DNA of 64,000 nt, taken from NCBI GenBank assembly GCA_019058315.1, contig JAHPZH010000002.1, positions 1,197,910 to 1,261,909 of the forward strand, given 5' to 3'. Below the pieces are notes generated by a model. It searched no databases and was not told the origin of the DNA. It was given only the letters and a program-made list of their open reading frames with translations. Numbering within the stretch: position 1 is the stretch's first letter; every line of letters begins with the position of its first letter. Source of the DNA: Candidatus Helarchaeota archaeon (GTDB lineage: Archaea > Asgardarchaeota > Lokiarchaeia > Helarchaeales > RDOG01). Positions 39,630-49,243 of this stretch are shown here, piece after piece. Position numbers and translations under genes: made by a program.

Positions 39630-42062
39630 ATGATTGAACTCGAATTCTTATACAGAATTTTAAAAGCAGTTATTATTCTCATTGTTTTAATAGTCATTAT
39701 TTATTTTTCTATCCCATTTTTCTTTGATTTATTCGTTTACTCTGATGCAACCTACAAATATTCAAAGGATGATTTTAAAGCATTAAAAAAGGGATTTGAA
39801 GCATCTCAAATTCCATCACAAAATAATATTCCAGAATTGAGAATCGACCCTCAAACTGGGGAATATTCAATTATTTTCGGAGAAAAAAGGCAACTTATTA
39901 ATGGTCTTGTAAAAATTCACACTCAAAAAAAGTGGTTTTCATCAGTTATAACTAAAAATGGAGAACAAGATCTCAAATTAAAAGATTTTTTACAAGAAAA
40001 AGGTAATGATGATTTAGGTGGATTTAAAAAATTTACTCTAGTTTGGGAATTGGATGGAAAATTATCATTTAACACGAGTTTTTATCAATATCCAAATCAA
40101 CCATTTATTATTTTTGAACAAGAATTTCCAGATAAAATAAAATCTACATCTATTGGAGATTTTAATAAACCAATAACTTTATTTCCCTGTTTTAAAAATG
40201 AAAGCCCGAATACAAATATTTTTACTTTTAAGAATTCTATATTTTGCCCTCCCTCAAAAAAATTAGATCATACATCCGCCCCAGTCATGTTTTATGATGA
40301 GGGGCTTAATTCTTTTATTTTATCATCGATGAATAATTTTCTTGTTGGAATGATAACTCAAAACGAGACTATTAATTGTGGGATAGCGGGAGAAGTAGAA
40401 TCTATTCCTAAAGATTTTAAATTTCGATTCCTCATGTATTTCGGAAAAGGAATTAACGAAACTTTTAAAAAATGGGGTGATATTCTTCTAAAATTTCATC
40501 ATGCAGAACGTAAATCTGCCTATGCAGATCCAATCGTTTCTTACTTGGGATATTGGACTGATAATGGGGCACATTATTATTATAAAAAGGAAAGAAGGAT
40601 GAATTACCAACAAACCTATGAAAAACTTTTAGAATATGTAAAAAAAGAAAAAATTCCATTTGGGTATTATCATTTTGATTCGTGGTTTTATTATAGAGCT
40701 TTTTCATGGATGCCTGCATATATTGGAATGCTTATATTAAACGGTGGAATAAAGAAATGGGAATTTAAAAAACATGAGTTCCCAGAGGGAATTGAGGAAC
40801 TCCAAAAAAAGTTAGGAAAACCCATTAGTTGTCATAGTCGTTTTTTTCATGGTAGATGTGTATATGCTAAGAAATTTAAATTTCATAAAGTAGGTCGAAT
40901 AATTAATACCTGGGGTTTGCCACTTGAATTTGAATTTTGGGATACGCTAATGAAAATGACAAAATCTTGGGGTATGGCACTTTATGAACAAGATTGGATG
41001 AATAACCAATTTAGAAAATTCAAATATTTAAGGAATGATGTTGAACACGCACGCAAATGGCTTCTGGACATGGGAAATGCTGCAGCAAAATATGGGATTA
41101 CAATTCAATATTGTATGGCTACCCCTGCTATGTTTATGCAGAGCATTGAGCTCCCGAACGTAACAAATGCTAGAATGAGTGGAGATTATAACGCAAGGTT
41201 TCGAAAAACCTCATCCTTTCCACATTTCACACAAACTTCTATATTAGGTTACGCTTTAGGTATTTGGCCCTCAAAAGACACATTTAGGTCCTCCTCCCAT
41301 CCTGGTCATTTTTATATAGAGAAATTTCCAGAATTGGAGACCCTAATGTGTATTTTAAGTGCTGGAGTCGTAGGTCCTGGGGATCCAGTTGGTCATTTAA
41401 ATCGTGAGCTTTTAATGAAAACTTGCAGAGAAGATGGTTTATTATTAAAACCAGATGGACCCTTAACTGCCGTCGATTTCATGTTTAAAAAACATTCAAC
41501 TTACTATATTTCAAGCACTTTGTCGAAGAAAGATGAACTTGAGTGGTATTACATATTAGTAATGAACCTATTTCCAAAGAGAGTCAAAAATAAAAACTTT
41601 AAATTAAAGGATCTTGGAATTCGAGGAAATTATATTTTATACGATTTTGATAAGAAAACGTTCCAAGAGATTTCTATTGATGCTCAAATTTTCCAATCGT
41701 TGAGAAAGAATGAACATAAATATTACATCTTAGCGCCACTCATTAATCGGGATATCGCAATTATCGGTAACCCTAAAAAATTTGTAACTTGTAGTAATAA
41801 GCAATTTCCTTCTATTAAACAAACAGATACTGAAATAATCGTTGAAATTGAAGATTTACCCTCCTCTAAAATCGAAATTTTAGTCTTTTCTAAGAAAAAA
41901 CCAAACCAAATATCAGATAATGAAGGAAAACTTCGCGAATTTTCCTCTAATTCTGAATTAGATTCCAACAATAGGGGTTGGTATTACAATTCTTTAAAAC
42001 TTATGATAAAAGTTCAATTAGATTCAGATGGAAAACAGATTATTATTCTAAAATGTGTATAA
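39630..42062 (+). CDS. Membrane-anchored putative glycoside hydrolase (clan GH-D / GH36-like TIM barrel)
   Basis: N-terminal TM anchor; GYWTDNGAHYYY, HFDSWFY, YEQDW, ARMSGDY, SAGVVGPGD, LLKPDGP. Confidence 0.6.
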   Translation: MIELEFLYRILKAVIILIVLIVIIYFSIPFFFDLFVYSDATYKYSKDDFKALKKGFEASQIPSQNNIPELRIDPQTGEYSIIFGEKRQLINGLVKIHTQKKWFSSVITKNGEQDLKLKDFLQEKGNDDLGGFKKFTLVWELDGKLSFNTSFYQYPNQPFIIFEQEFPDKIKSTSIGDFNKPITLFPCFKNESPNTNIFTFKNSIFCPPSKKLDHTSAPVMFYDEGLNSFILSSMNNFLVGMITQNETINCGIAGEVESIPKDFKFRFLMYFGKGINETFKKWGDILLKFHHAERKSAYADPIVSYLGYWTDNGAHYYYKKERRMNYQQTYEKLLEYVKKEKIPFGYYHFDSWFYYRAFSWMPAYIGMLILNGGIKKWEFKKHEFPEGIEELQKKLGKPISCHSRFFHGRCVYAKKFKFHKVGRIINTWGLPLEFEFWDTLMKMTKSWGMALYEQDWMNNQFRKFKYLRNDVEHARKWLLDMGNAAAKYGITIQYCMATPAMFMQSIELPNVTNARMSGDYNARFRKTSSFPHFTQTSILGYALGIWPSKDTFRSSSHPGHFYIEKFPELETLMCILSAGVVGPGDPVGHLNRELLMKTCREDGLLLKPDGPLTAVDFMFKKHSTYYISSTLSKKDELEWYYILVMNLFPKRVKNKNFKLKDLGIRGNYILYDFDKKTFQEISIDAQIFQSLRKNEHKYYILAPLINRDIAIIGNPKKFVTCSNKQFPSIKQTDTEIIVEIEDLPSSKIEILVFSKKKPNQISDNEGKLREFSSNSELDSNNRGWYYNSLKLMIKVQLDSDGKQIIILKCV

Positions 42063-42079
42063 AAAATGGGGTATCAAAA

Positions 42080-42781
42080 TTGGAAATAGATATCGAAAAA
42101 TGCACAGGATGTGGACAATGTGTTATGCTTTGTCCTGTCCAAGCAATTAAATTAATTGATAATAAAGCACACATCGATAAAGATCTTTGTGTAGAATGTT
42201 CTATTTGTTATAGAAATGCAGGATGTCCTGGTAAAGCAATTAAACCGAAACGTTTGAAATGGCCTAGATTAGTTCGAAATCCTTTTAGTGATGTTATTGC
42301 TACTCACAAATTAACAGGAGTTCCGGGGAGAGGAACTGAAGAAATGAAAACTAACGATATAACAAGTCGTTTTGGTGAAAATGAAATAGGAATATCAATT
42401 GAAATTGGAAGACCGGGAGTAGGAACTCGACTTAGGAATATTGAATTATTCAGTATTGAATTATCAAAAATTGGAGTAGATTATGAAGAAGCAAGTCCTG
42501 TCACTGCTCTCTTTGCCGATGATCATGGGTATATCAAGGAAGAAATAAAAAATGAAAGGGTGCTTTCGGCGATTATAGAATTTAAAGTGCCTATTAATAA
42601 AGCTACTCAAGTGTTTCAATTAATCAAAGAAGTAGAAAAAAAGATAGATACGGTATTTTCTGTTGGCGTTATTTCACGAGTTGCTGAAAATGGAACTATA
42701 CCTATCATAAATCTTTTATCTGAACAGGGATTTTCAATAAGACCAAATGCTAAAATAAATGTTGGATTAGGAAAACCTTAA
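42080..42781 (+). CDS. 2x[4Fe-4S] ferredoxin-domain protein of unknown function
   Basis: CTGCGQCVMLCP, CVECSIC...CP, GRGTEEMKTND. TTG 42080 avoids overlap with the upstream gene. Confidence 0.85.
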   Translation: MEIDIEKCTGCGQCVMLCPVQAIKLIDNKAHIDKDLCVECSICYRNAGCPGKAIKPKRLKWPRLVRNPFSDVIATHKLTGVPGRGTEEMKTNDITSRFGENEIGISIEIGRPGVGTRLRNIELFSIELSKIGVDYEEASPVTALFADDHGYIKEEIKNERVLSAIIEFKVPINKATQVFQLIKEVEKKIDTVFSVGVISRVAENGTIPIINLLSEQGFSIRPNAKINVGLGKP

Positions 42782-42802
42782 TTCTGAAGAGGTGAAAAGA
42801 TC

Positions 42803-43384
42803 ATGACTCATACTTTACATAGACAAGGAAATGAAGAAGCTCTAAAAAGTGATTATGCTATGCTCGCTATGGCAGCAGTAGGAATAAATGATAAAAAACC
42901 AGATACGCGAGATAAACTTGTTCGAATAGGAGAAATATTTCAGCAGCATAACCCCACAAATATTATGATGGAAAATATAAGGAGAGTTTCCCCAGCAATC
43001 ACAGCAGCTTTTACAAATATTGAAACTGTAAGAAAAATCTTAAAAACGTTAAAAAATGAGGATTTAGGCATTTCTATTGTTGTAAGTGGTTTAATTTCTG
43101 AGATTCAAAAAGTTGTGGAAGAAATTGGACTTAAAATGCATACAGTCCATCTTTCATTGGGTGTTTTTGGAAAAAAAGAACTTTTACCTTCAGAAAAAAT
43201 TTTAGAAATTACAACTATGTGCGGACACCACTGTGTATCTCCCCAGTCTGTAGAATCGTACGTAGATAAGATTAAAAAAGGGAAAACAACAATTGAAAAA
43301 GCTGCTGAAAAACTAGCAAAACCTTGTGTCTGTGGAATAGTAAACACTGAAAGAGTAAAAAATATTCTAAAAAAATTAATATAA
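42803..43384 (+). CDS. Conserved Cys/His-rich hypothetical protein, probable partner of the preceding Fe-S protein
   Basis: MTHTLHRQG, TTMCGHHCVS, PCVCGIVN; GAGGTGA RBS. Confidence 0.8.
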   Translation: MTHTLHRQGNEEALKSDYAMLAMAAVGINDKKPDTRDKLVRIGEIFQQHNPTNIMMENIRRVSPAITAAFTNIETVRKILKTLKNEDLGISIVVSGLISEIQKVVEEIGLKMHTVHLSLGVFGKKELLPSEKILEITTMCGHHCVSPQSVESYVDKIKKGKTTIEKAAEKLAKPCVCGIVNTERVKNILKKLI

Positions 43385-43414
43385 ATAAAATAAATTATTC
43401 TTTTATAATCTCAT

Positions 43415-43555
43415 TTACTTAAATAATTTCCCTAATTGGTCTGAAAAATTAAACATAGCGTCGGTCTTGAAAAATGCAAAATATACTATTGTAACTAGGA
43501 TGAGGAATAAATTTACTCCAATGAATAAGATTGTATAAGCCTTATAATTTTCCAT
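43415..43555 (-). CDS. 46-aa single-TM microprotein (not in ORF track)
   Basis: MENYKAYTILFIGVNLFLILVTIVYFAFFKTDAMFNFSDQLGKLFK*; AAGGA upstream; fills an otherwise empty gap. Confidence 0.55.
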   Translation of the reverse strand: MENYKAYTILFIGVNLFLILVTIVYFAFFKTDAMFNFSDQLGKLFK

Positions 43556-43740
43556 TTTTAATATTCCTTCTTCTTTACTTGTATAATATTATTTTTCAAT
43601 TTATATCTATTAATCTAACTGTTAGTAAGAATTATATATATAATTATTTATTTTAACATATTTTCTAGAATTTTAAAATTATTGTTAATTTTTCATCTTT
43701 ATTATATAATATTTCCTAGAATTTTAAGAAGGATCTTAAA

Positions 43741-45453
43741 ATGGACGAAAATATGGATGATAATATAATTAAAGAGGAAGTAAAACCAAAAATAGCTGAC
43801 GAACCTTCAAAAAAACTATCAAAAGAGGCAAGAAAAAAGCTTCGCGAAAAGAAAAGGGCTCAAACTGGTCCTTCAACTAAAATGACTTTATATCTTTGGT
43901 TTGTGCTCATTTTTGCTGGAGTTGTCACATTCTTCGATGGATGGTGTACTTTAGCAATTACTTTAGCTATGGGGGACGTCGGAATACAAGCTAATTTAAT
44001 TGAACAATTAACTAACCGCGGTCTATTCGACTATTTCGGCATTTCAAATAACCCTGTGATGATGGGTATAATTCTGAGCATAGCTGGCAGTGGAGTTGTT
44101 ATGGCAGTTTCATTTAAATATTTTGTGGATAAATATGGACGAAGACCTTTAACTCTTATCACTGCAGTTTGTTTTATTTCATTCTCCGCCTTAACTGGTT
44201 TAACTCCTCCTGGTGATACAGGCCTAATTATTTTTCTTATTTTAAGGATTCTGGCCAATTATTTCTTATCGGCTGATATCGTAACAATAATTATAGCAGA
44301 AGAAGCTCCAGATCATTTGAGAGGAAGATTAATTGGAGTAGTTTTAGCAACAAATACTGTCGGTGGTTTTATCTGTGGGATAATTCAAATGGTTGGAGTA
44401 ACAATAGAGCTACCTGGAGGTTACATTTTAAGTACTTGGCAGTCTTTATTTTTCTTATCCAGCCTTGGATTTATTTTCATAATTCCCATGTTCTTTTTCT
44501 TAAAAGAAACTTGGCGATTTGATGGTATGAAGAAATATGAGCAATGGCGAAAGAAAAGGGGGTTAGCCTCAAAAACTGGATGGGCTGTCCCTTTAAGAAG
44601 ACAATATGCGCGTGCCATGATCCTAGGCTGCATTATGGGTTTTCTTATTAACCTCATTTATTTCGCACAAGTCACATTTTTTGGAATTTACTTTGTGAAA
44701 GAATTAAACATGACTTCAAAATTTCTTGGTTTGGCATCGCTTCCATTAATGCTTTCTGCAGGAATTGGATACTATATAGCAGGCCCCTTAATGGATCGTT
44801 GGGGAAGAATTCCTACTATCCATAGATTCGGATGTACAACATTAGTTGGTGGCCTTATTTTTTCATGGCCCACGGTTTTTGTTGTTGGAGGCATTCCAAA
44901 TCCTTTACTTATGGCTCTCGTAATTGGTGGTGGAATGATGGGAATTCTATCACTTACAGTATTAATGACTGCAGCCGTACTTGTTCCGCTGGAAATGTTA
45001 CCAACTCATATTAGAAGTACTGCAATGGGTTGGATGGGAGCAATTGCAAGAGGTGCTATGATTGTATCTCCTTTCTTAATGATGTTCGGTTCTGAAACAT
45101 TAGGTGGTCTAGGACTTACCTATCAAGCCATGTTTGCACTTATGGGTATGCCCTTAACAACTCTATTGTTTTCAGCATATTTATTGGCTCCAGAGAGTAA
45201 AGGAAGAGTATTGGAAGAAATAGTTATGACAGAAATCTATACTAAACAGAAAAGAGTTGATAAAAAAGAATATAGGAGACCATATTATTATTTTGCAATG
45301 GGTATTACATCCTTCTTCTTTACAGGTTTAATTTACGGTAATACTGGTGATGGGATTTTTAAAAGTGTAATATTAATAGTAAGTATTTATAGCATAGTAT
45401 GTCTCGCTTGCTTCTTAATAGTGGTTTGGGCTCGTAATGTTATTTCAGAATAA
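43741..45453 (+). CDS. MFS transporter (paralog 1)
   Basis: VDKYGRRP and MDRWGRIP motif A, AEEAPDHLRG, EMLPTHIRST, APESKGR. Confidence 0.92.
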   Translation: MDENMDDNIIKEEVKPKIADEPSKKLSKEARKKLREKKRAQTGPSTKMTLYLWFVLIFAGVVTFFDGWCTLAITLAMGDVGIQANLIEQLTNRGLFDYFGISNNPVMMGIILSIAGSGVVMAVSFKYFVDKYGRRPLTLITAVCFISFSALTGLTPPGDTGLIIFLILRILANYFLSADIVTIIIAEEAPDHLRGRLIGVVLATNTVGGFICGIIQMVGVTIELPGGYILSTWQSLFFLSSLGFIFIIPMFFFLKETWRFDGMKKYEQWRKKRGLASKTGWAVPLRRQYARAMILGCIMGFLINLIYFAQVTFFGIYFVKELNMTSKFLGLASLPLMLSAGIGYYIAGPLMDRWGRIPTIHRFGCTTLVGGLIFSWPTVFVVGGIPNPLLMALVIGGGMMGILSLTVLMTAAVLVPLEMLPTHIRSTAMGWMGAIARGAMIVSPFLMMFGSETLGGLGLTYQAMFALMGMPLTTLLFSAYLLAPESKGRVLEEIVMTEIYTKQKRVDKKEYRRPYYYFAMGITSFFFTGLIYGNTGDGIFKSVILIVSIYSIVCLACFLIVVWARNVISE

Positions 45454-45483
45454 AAATGGTGTATATTAAATAATCAAAATCAA

Positions 45484-46623
45484 TTATTCAATTTTCTTTT
45501 TTTGATTTGATTCATAATCAAATAATTCTAGACCTTTAAACAATTCCTTATTTAACATTTCACCTTGTTCTTTTAGAAATGTATTCAATGCATTTTCAGG
45601 AATATCTGCAAAACTCATACCCAATTTAGCTTTACCGATAGGGTGTTTACGTCTAATCTTATCATATTCCTGTAATGTTTCCATTGAAAAACTGGAAGCA
45701 TCTACTGCATCAACCGCAATATCAGCTGCCATTGCACCAGAAATTGCTGCTGGAATTATGCCATGATATCCAACTGCATCCCCACAGAGCATTAATCCTG
45801 ATAAAACACCAGTTTTTAAAGCCTCACCGAGCAAAAAAGCGTATAATCCCCCTCTTAAACCAAATTCTTGAGCATTCTTAAGTCGTTTTTTTAATACTGG
45901 ATGATTTTTTTTAACGTTTAAATAATCTTGATATGTTCCAAATCCAACCAGAGCATGCCCTTCTTCATCTAAATTAGATACAAAAGCATTAGCAATATGT
46001 TTATCAAATATAGAGCCAAAAAATATTTCAATTACACCAGGCTCAACATCTTTCATATTTAAGAATTCAACTTGGATACCTGGATAATATTTTCGTTCCT
46101 TTTTCTTGTCATATTTTAAAATTCCAGATTTTTCTGCAATTCCCATCGGAATAGATTTACTACCATCACATCCTATAAGAAGATCAGAGTAAATTTTTTG
46201 AATTTTGCCTTTCCTTTTAGCCACTATTCCTATAATCTTTTCATCTTCTTTAATAAGATCAATTACCTTGGTTCCAATGCTTAATTGAGAACCCGCTTGA
46301 ACTGCTTTCTGCGCAAGAAATTGATCAAATTTCACTCGATCTACAAAATAACCACCATTAAATTTCATTTCATAAGCGAATTCACCTTTAGGAGTCCAAA
46401 CACGCCAGCGATCGACTTTAGTAATGATTTTATCCCTTCCAAATTCATTCACAAGTTTCTCAGTATATGGACATCCATTTAGCCAACCAGAGCAATGAAC
46501 AGGAAGTCCAATTGTTGAGTGTTCTTCGATTAATAAAACACTTAATCCTTTTTCCGCAGTCTTTCTCGCCGCTAAAGAACCAGCAGGTCCAGCACCTACG
46601 ATAATTACCTCAAAATTTTCCAT
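45484..46623 (-). CDS. Geranylgeranyl reductase-family FAD oxidoreductase
   Basis: VIIVGAGPAGS, PVHCSG, DRVKFDQFLA, GCDG, LCGDAVG. Confidence 0.85.
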   Translation of the reverse strand: MENFEVIIVGAGPAGSLAARKTAEKGLSVLLIEEHSTIGLPVHCSGWLNGCPYTEKLVNEFGRDKIITKVDRWRVWTPKGEFAYEMKFNGGYFVDRVKFDQFLAQKAVQAGSQLSIGTKVIDLIKEDEKIIGIVAKRKGKIQKIYSDLLIGCDGSKSIPMGIAEKSGILKYDKKKERKYYPGIQVEFLNMKDVEPGVIEIFFGSIFDKHIANAFVSNLDEEGHALVGFGTYQDYLNVKKNHPVLKKRLKNAQEFGLRGGLYAFLLGEALKTGVLSGLMLCGDAVGYHGIIPAAISGAMAADIAVDAVDASSFSMETLQEYDKIRRKHPIGKAKLGMSFADIPENALNTFLKEQGEMLNKELFKGLELFDYESNQKKKIE

Positions 46624-46721
46624 AATGCTCACAAATTCACTGATCTTCAAATTTAATAGAATTGATATTTAATCTAATTCCGAGATATAAACATTTAAAT
46701 ATGTATAATGTTAAATTTTAC

Positions 46722-46749
46722 TTGAATGTAAAAAATAGTTTACATTCAA
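46722..46749. promoter_or_regulatory. Palindromic operator upstream of the XRE operon
   Basis: Perfect 11-bp inverted repeat TTGAATGTAAA-N6-TTTACATTCAA, between a TTTAAATA TATA-like box and the RBS of the 46787 gene. Confidence 0.75.
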
Positions 46750-46786
46750 AAAATGTTTTACAAAATTAGGAGATGAATGAAGAAAA

Positions 46787-47647
46787 ATGTCTGAAAAATA
46801 TAAAATGGATCAAAAAATCGATAAATCATTGATAACTAAGGAAACTTTCAAAGCATTCATAATAGTAATCTCAATCTGTGCATTAGCATGTTTAATTGCA
46901 TCTTTCGTTATAGCTGGTGCATTTAACGATCCTGAAAACAATCCATTAGGTCATAATCTTCAATATATTTACATTCCAATTATATTAATTATAATTGGTA
47001 CAGTAGGTGTTTCATTACCATTTGTTGTAGTTGTTGTCACACGAGTTTACATGGGTAAGTATGTAAGCAGTTTTAAATACAAGTTGACCAATTCTGCAAT
47101 AGAGATTCGCCAAGGTGTGTTCACAAAGAATAAAGTCACCATACCTTATTCACGTGTTCAAAATATTAATGTCGTGAATGGTATCTTCGATAGAATTTTT
47201 GGACTTTATACCGTTTTAATAGAAACGGCTGGTATTTCAGGAGTACAAGCACAAGGAGGTAAAATCGGAAGACCTGAGGGTTATTTACCTGGATTAAAAA
47301 ATCCACATGAATTCGAAGCAGAATTAAAACAAATGTTAGACAAGTATAATGTGTTACCATCGGGATTAGAAGAAAAAATCTTCAAGCCTCAAGAATTAGC
47401 CTTTGATAATTTTATCTCTTATATACTTAGCAAAATGAGAGATAGAGATGATTTATTAAAAACGAATGTTAAAGACCTCAGGGAAAAACAAAAAATAACC
47501 TCAATAGAGCTTGCAGCAAAAATAGGAGTTAAAAACGAAACTATAGAACTTTTAGAAGCAGGAAGATACACGCCTTCATTAAGTTTGGCGTATAAAATTG
47601 CTAAAGAATTAAAATGCAAAATAGAAGACCTATTTCAATTCGATTAA
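46787..47647 (+). CDS. 2-TM + bacterial-type PH domain (bPH_2/YdbS-like) + C-terminal XRE HTH fusion
   Basis: Two TM helices; YKLT..AIEIRQGVF....TIPYSRVQNINV..GIFDRIFGLYTVLIETAG (bPH_2); VKDLREKQKITSIELAAKIGV...LEAGRYTPSLSLAYKIAKELKCKIEDLF (HTH_3). Confidence 0.88.
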   Translation: MSEKYKMDQKIDKSLITKETFKAFIIVISICALACLIASFVIAGAFNDPENNPLGHNLQYIYIPIILIIIGTVGVSLPFVVVVVTRVYMGKYVSSFKYKLTNSAIEIRQGVFTKNKVTIPYSRVQNINVVNGIFDRIFGLYTVLIETAGISGVQAQGGKIGRPEGYLPGLKNPHEFEAELKQMLDKYNVLPSGLEEKIFKPQELAFDNFISYILSKMRDRDDLLKTNVKDLREKQKITSIELAAKIGVKNETIELLEAGRYTPSLSLAYKIAKELKCKIEDLFQFD

Positions 47648-47687
47648 ATATTTTTTTAATATTTTAAAATAATAAAATGGTGCAATT

Positions 47688-48074
47688 GTGAGATTAAAAA
47701 CAAAATTAGTTTCCAAAATTAAGGAATTACGGGCGGAGAGTGACATTACTCAAGAAAAATTAGCTGAAGAAGTTGGTGTCACTCGCCAAACTATTTCCTA
47801 TTTGGAGAAAGGCGAATATAATCCCTCTCTAAAAATTGCTCATGATATTGCACAATATTTTGGAAAATCAGTGGATGATGTTTTTACATATGAAACAGTA
47901 TTAACTATTAAAAGAGAACAATTTAATCTCACTCTTGAACAATTAGCCACCCTGATTGGTATCAAAATTGAAGAATTAGAAAAATTAGTAAATGAGGAAT
48001 ATCAAAATCCTCCAGAATTTTTGAAAAAAATAGCAAAACAATTAAATTGTAAAATCGAGGATTTGGTTGAGTAA
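47688..48074 (+). CDS. Tandem double XRE/Cro HTH regulator
   Basis: IKELRAESDITQEKLAEEVGVTRQTISYLEKGEYNPSL plus a second KREQFNLTLEQLATLIGI...KIAKQLNCKIEDL. Confidence 0.92.
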   Translation: MRLKTKLVSKIKELRAESDITQEKLAEEVGVTRQTISYLEKGEYNPSLKIAHDIAQYFGKSVDDVFTYETVLTIKREQFNLTLEQLATLIGIKIEELEKLVNEEYQNPPEFLKKIAKQLNCKIEDLVE

Positions 48075-48105
48075 ATAGCTAATTATAAAAATAATTTAAC
48101 AGAAA

Positions 48106-49209
48106 GTGAATCATTTGGATAAACTAAATGAGTTTTTTGCCAAAAAATGGGCATTACCCCTATTATATTTTGTTTTAATTATTTTAAACGTGATCTTTCC
48201 TCCTATAACATCTAGAGGATATGCTGCTCAGGATACTGGAAGAGTAATATCAAGTTTATTAAATACCTCTATCATTCCTTATGTATGGTTAGCCCCTGTA
48301 TTTCATATTGCGACAATAATTTTAGTAATTATTATTTGGCGTCTAGGGGTCAAAGTAAGTAGAGTTTTTAGTTTATACATTGGTATAAATTATATTTTTA
48401 TAGGTCTTATCCAAAATTTTGGAGAAACATGGGAATTTGGTTTTGTTATATTAATCGGGACTATGATTACAGAATTCATAATAGGATTTTTATGGATATG
48501 GGATGCTTACGATCCTAAAACTGAAAGTAAATTTGAGAAACTTCCACTTTGGAGATATTGGACTATACCATTAGCGATTTTAGCATATTGGTGCCCAATT
48601 AACTCTACACAAAACATGGGACCCTATTTCAACCCACTATTTTTATTGATTTCGCCAGGGTATGGACTTACTTTTTGTATGACAACACCCGTGTTTCTAT
48701 GTATTTTAACCCTTTTCTATCCACATGTAAATAAACCCGCTCTTAAAATAACAGCTTGTGCTGGATTTATTATGGGAGTTTTGAATATGTTTAGTTTGCT
48801 CATCCCTTACACCTTTTGGATGGGTATATTGCATATTCCTTTATTGTCTATCTCAATTTATGTATTCATTTTACCTAAAATAATGAAAAATGAGCCAAAA
48901 ATTGTAAATCAAGAACTTGTAAAAATCCCCCATGTTCAAGGACGTCTTATTGGAGAAGTAAACATAGGTAAGTTAGAAGATTTTTTAATTGCAGAAAAAT
49001 CTACCGAAGGAGTAGAGGTAGGCGATATTGTTGAAATTATTGGGGGACCATTTAAAGGAGAAAAAGCAAAAATCACCCGAGTTGATACAACTGAAGATGT
49101 AGTTATTTTAGTATTATGTGAATCTACTCGCCCGATTCCAATTAAAGTTCATGCAGATTTTATTAAAAAGATAATCAGTAAAGAAAAAAGAAAGCCTGAA
49201 ATGAAATAA
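48106..49209 (+). CDS. Multi-pass membrane protein fused to an Spt5/NusG-type C-terminal KOW domain
   Basis: About 270 aa of TM helices, then IPHVQGRLIGEVNIGKLEDFL...VEVGDIVEIIGGPFKGEKAKITRVDTTEDVVILVLCESTRPIPIKVHADFIKKI. Confidence 0.85.
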   Translation: MNHLDKLNEFFAKKWALPLLYFVLIILNVIFPPITSRGYAAQDTGRVISSLLNTSIIPYVWLAPVFHIATIILVIIIWRLGVKVSRVFSLYIGINYIFIGLIQNFGETWEFGFVILIGTMITEFIIGFLWIWDAYDPKTESKFEKLPLWRYWTIPLAILAYWCPINSTQNMGPYFNPLFLLISPGYGLTFCMTTPVFLCILTLFYPHVNKPALKITACAGFIMGVLNMFSLLIPYTFWMGILHIPLLSISIYVFILPKIMKNEPKIVNQELVKIPHVQGRLIGEVNIGKLEDFLIAEKSTEGVEVGDIVEIIGGPFKGEKAKITRVDTTEDVVILVLCESTRPIPIKVHADFIKKIISKEKRKPEMK

Positions 49210-49243
49210 TTTATTAAAAATCCAGTAAGCATAAGGTCTGGTA

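Noticed and set aside
41978-42079. N-terminal extension of the Fe-S ORF as given in the ORF track
   Set aside because: It overlaps the upstream GH gene; the ferredoxin domain begins at TTG 42080.
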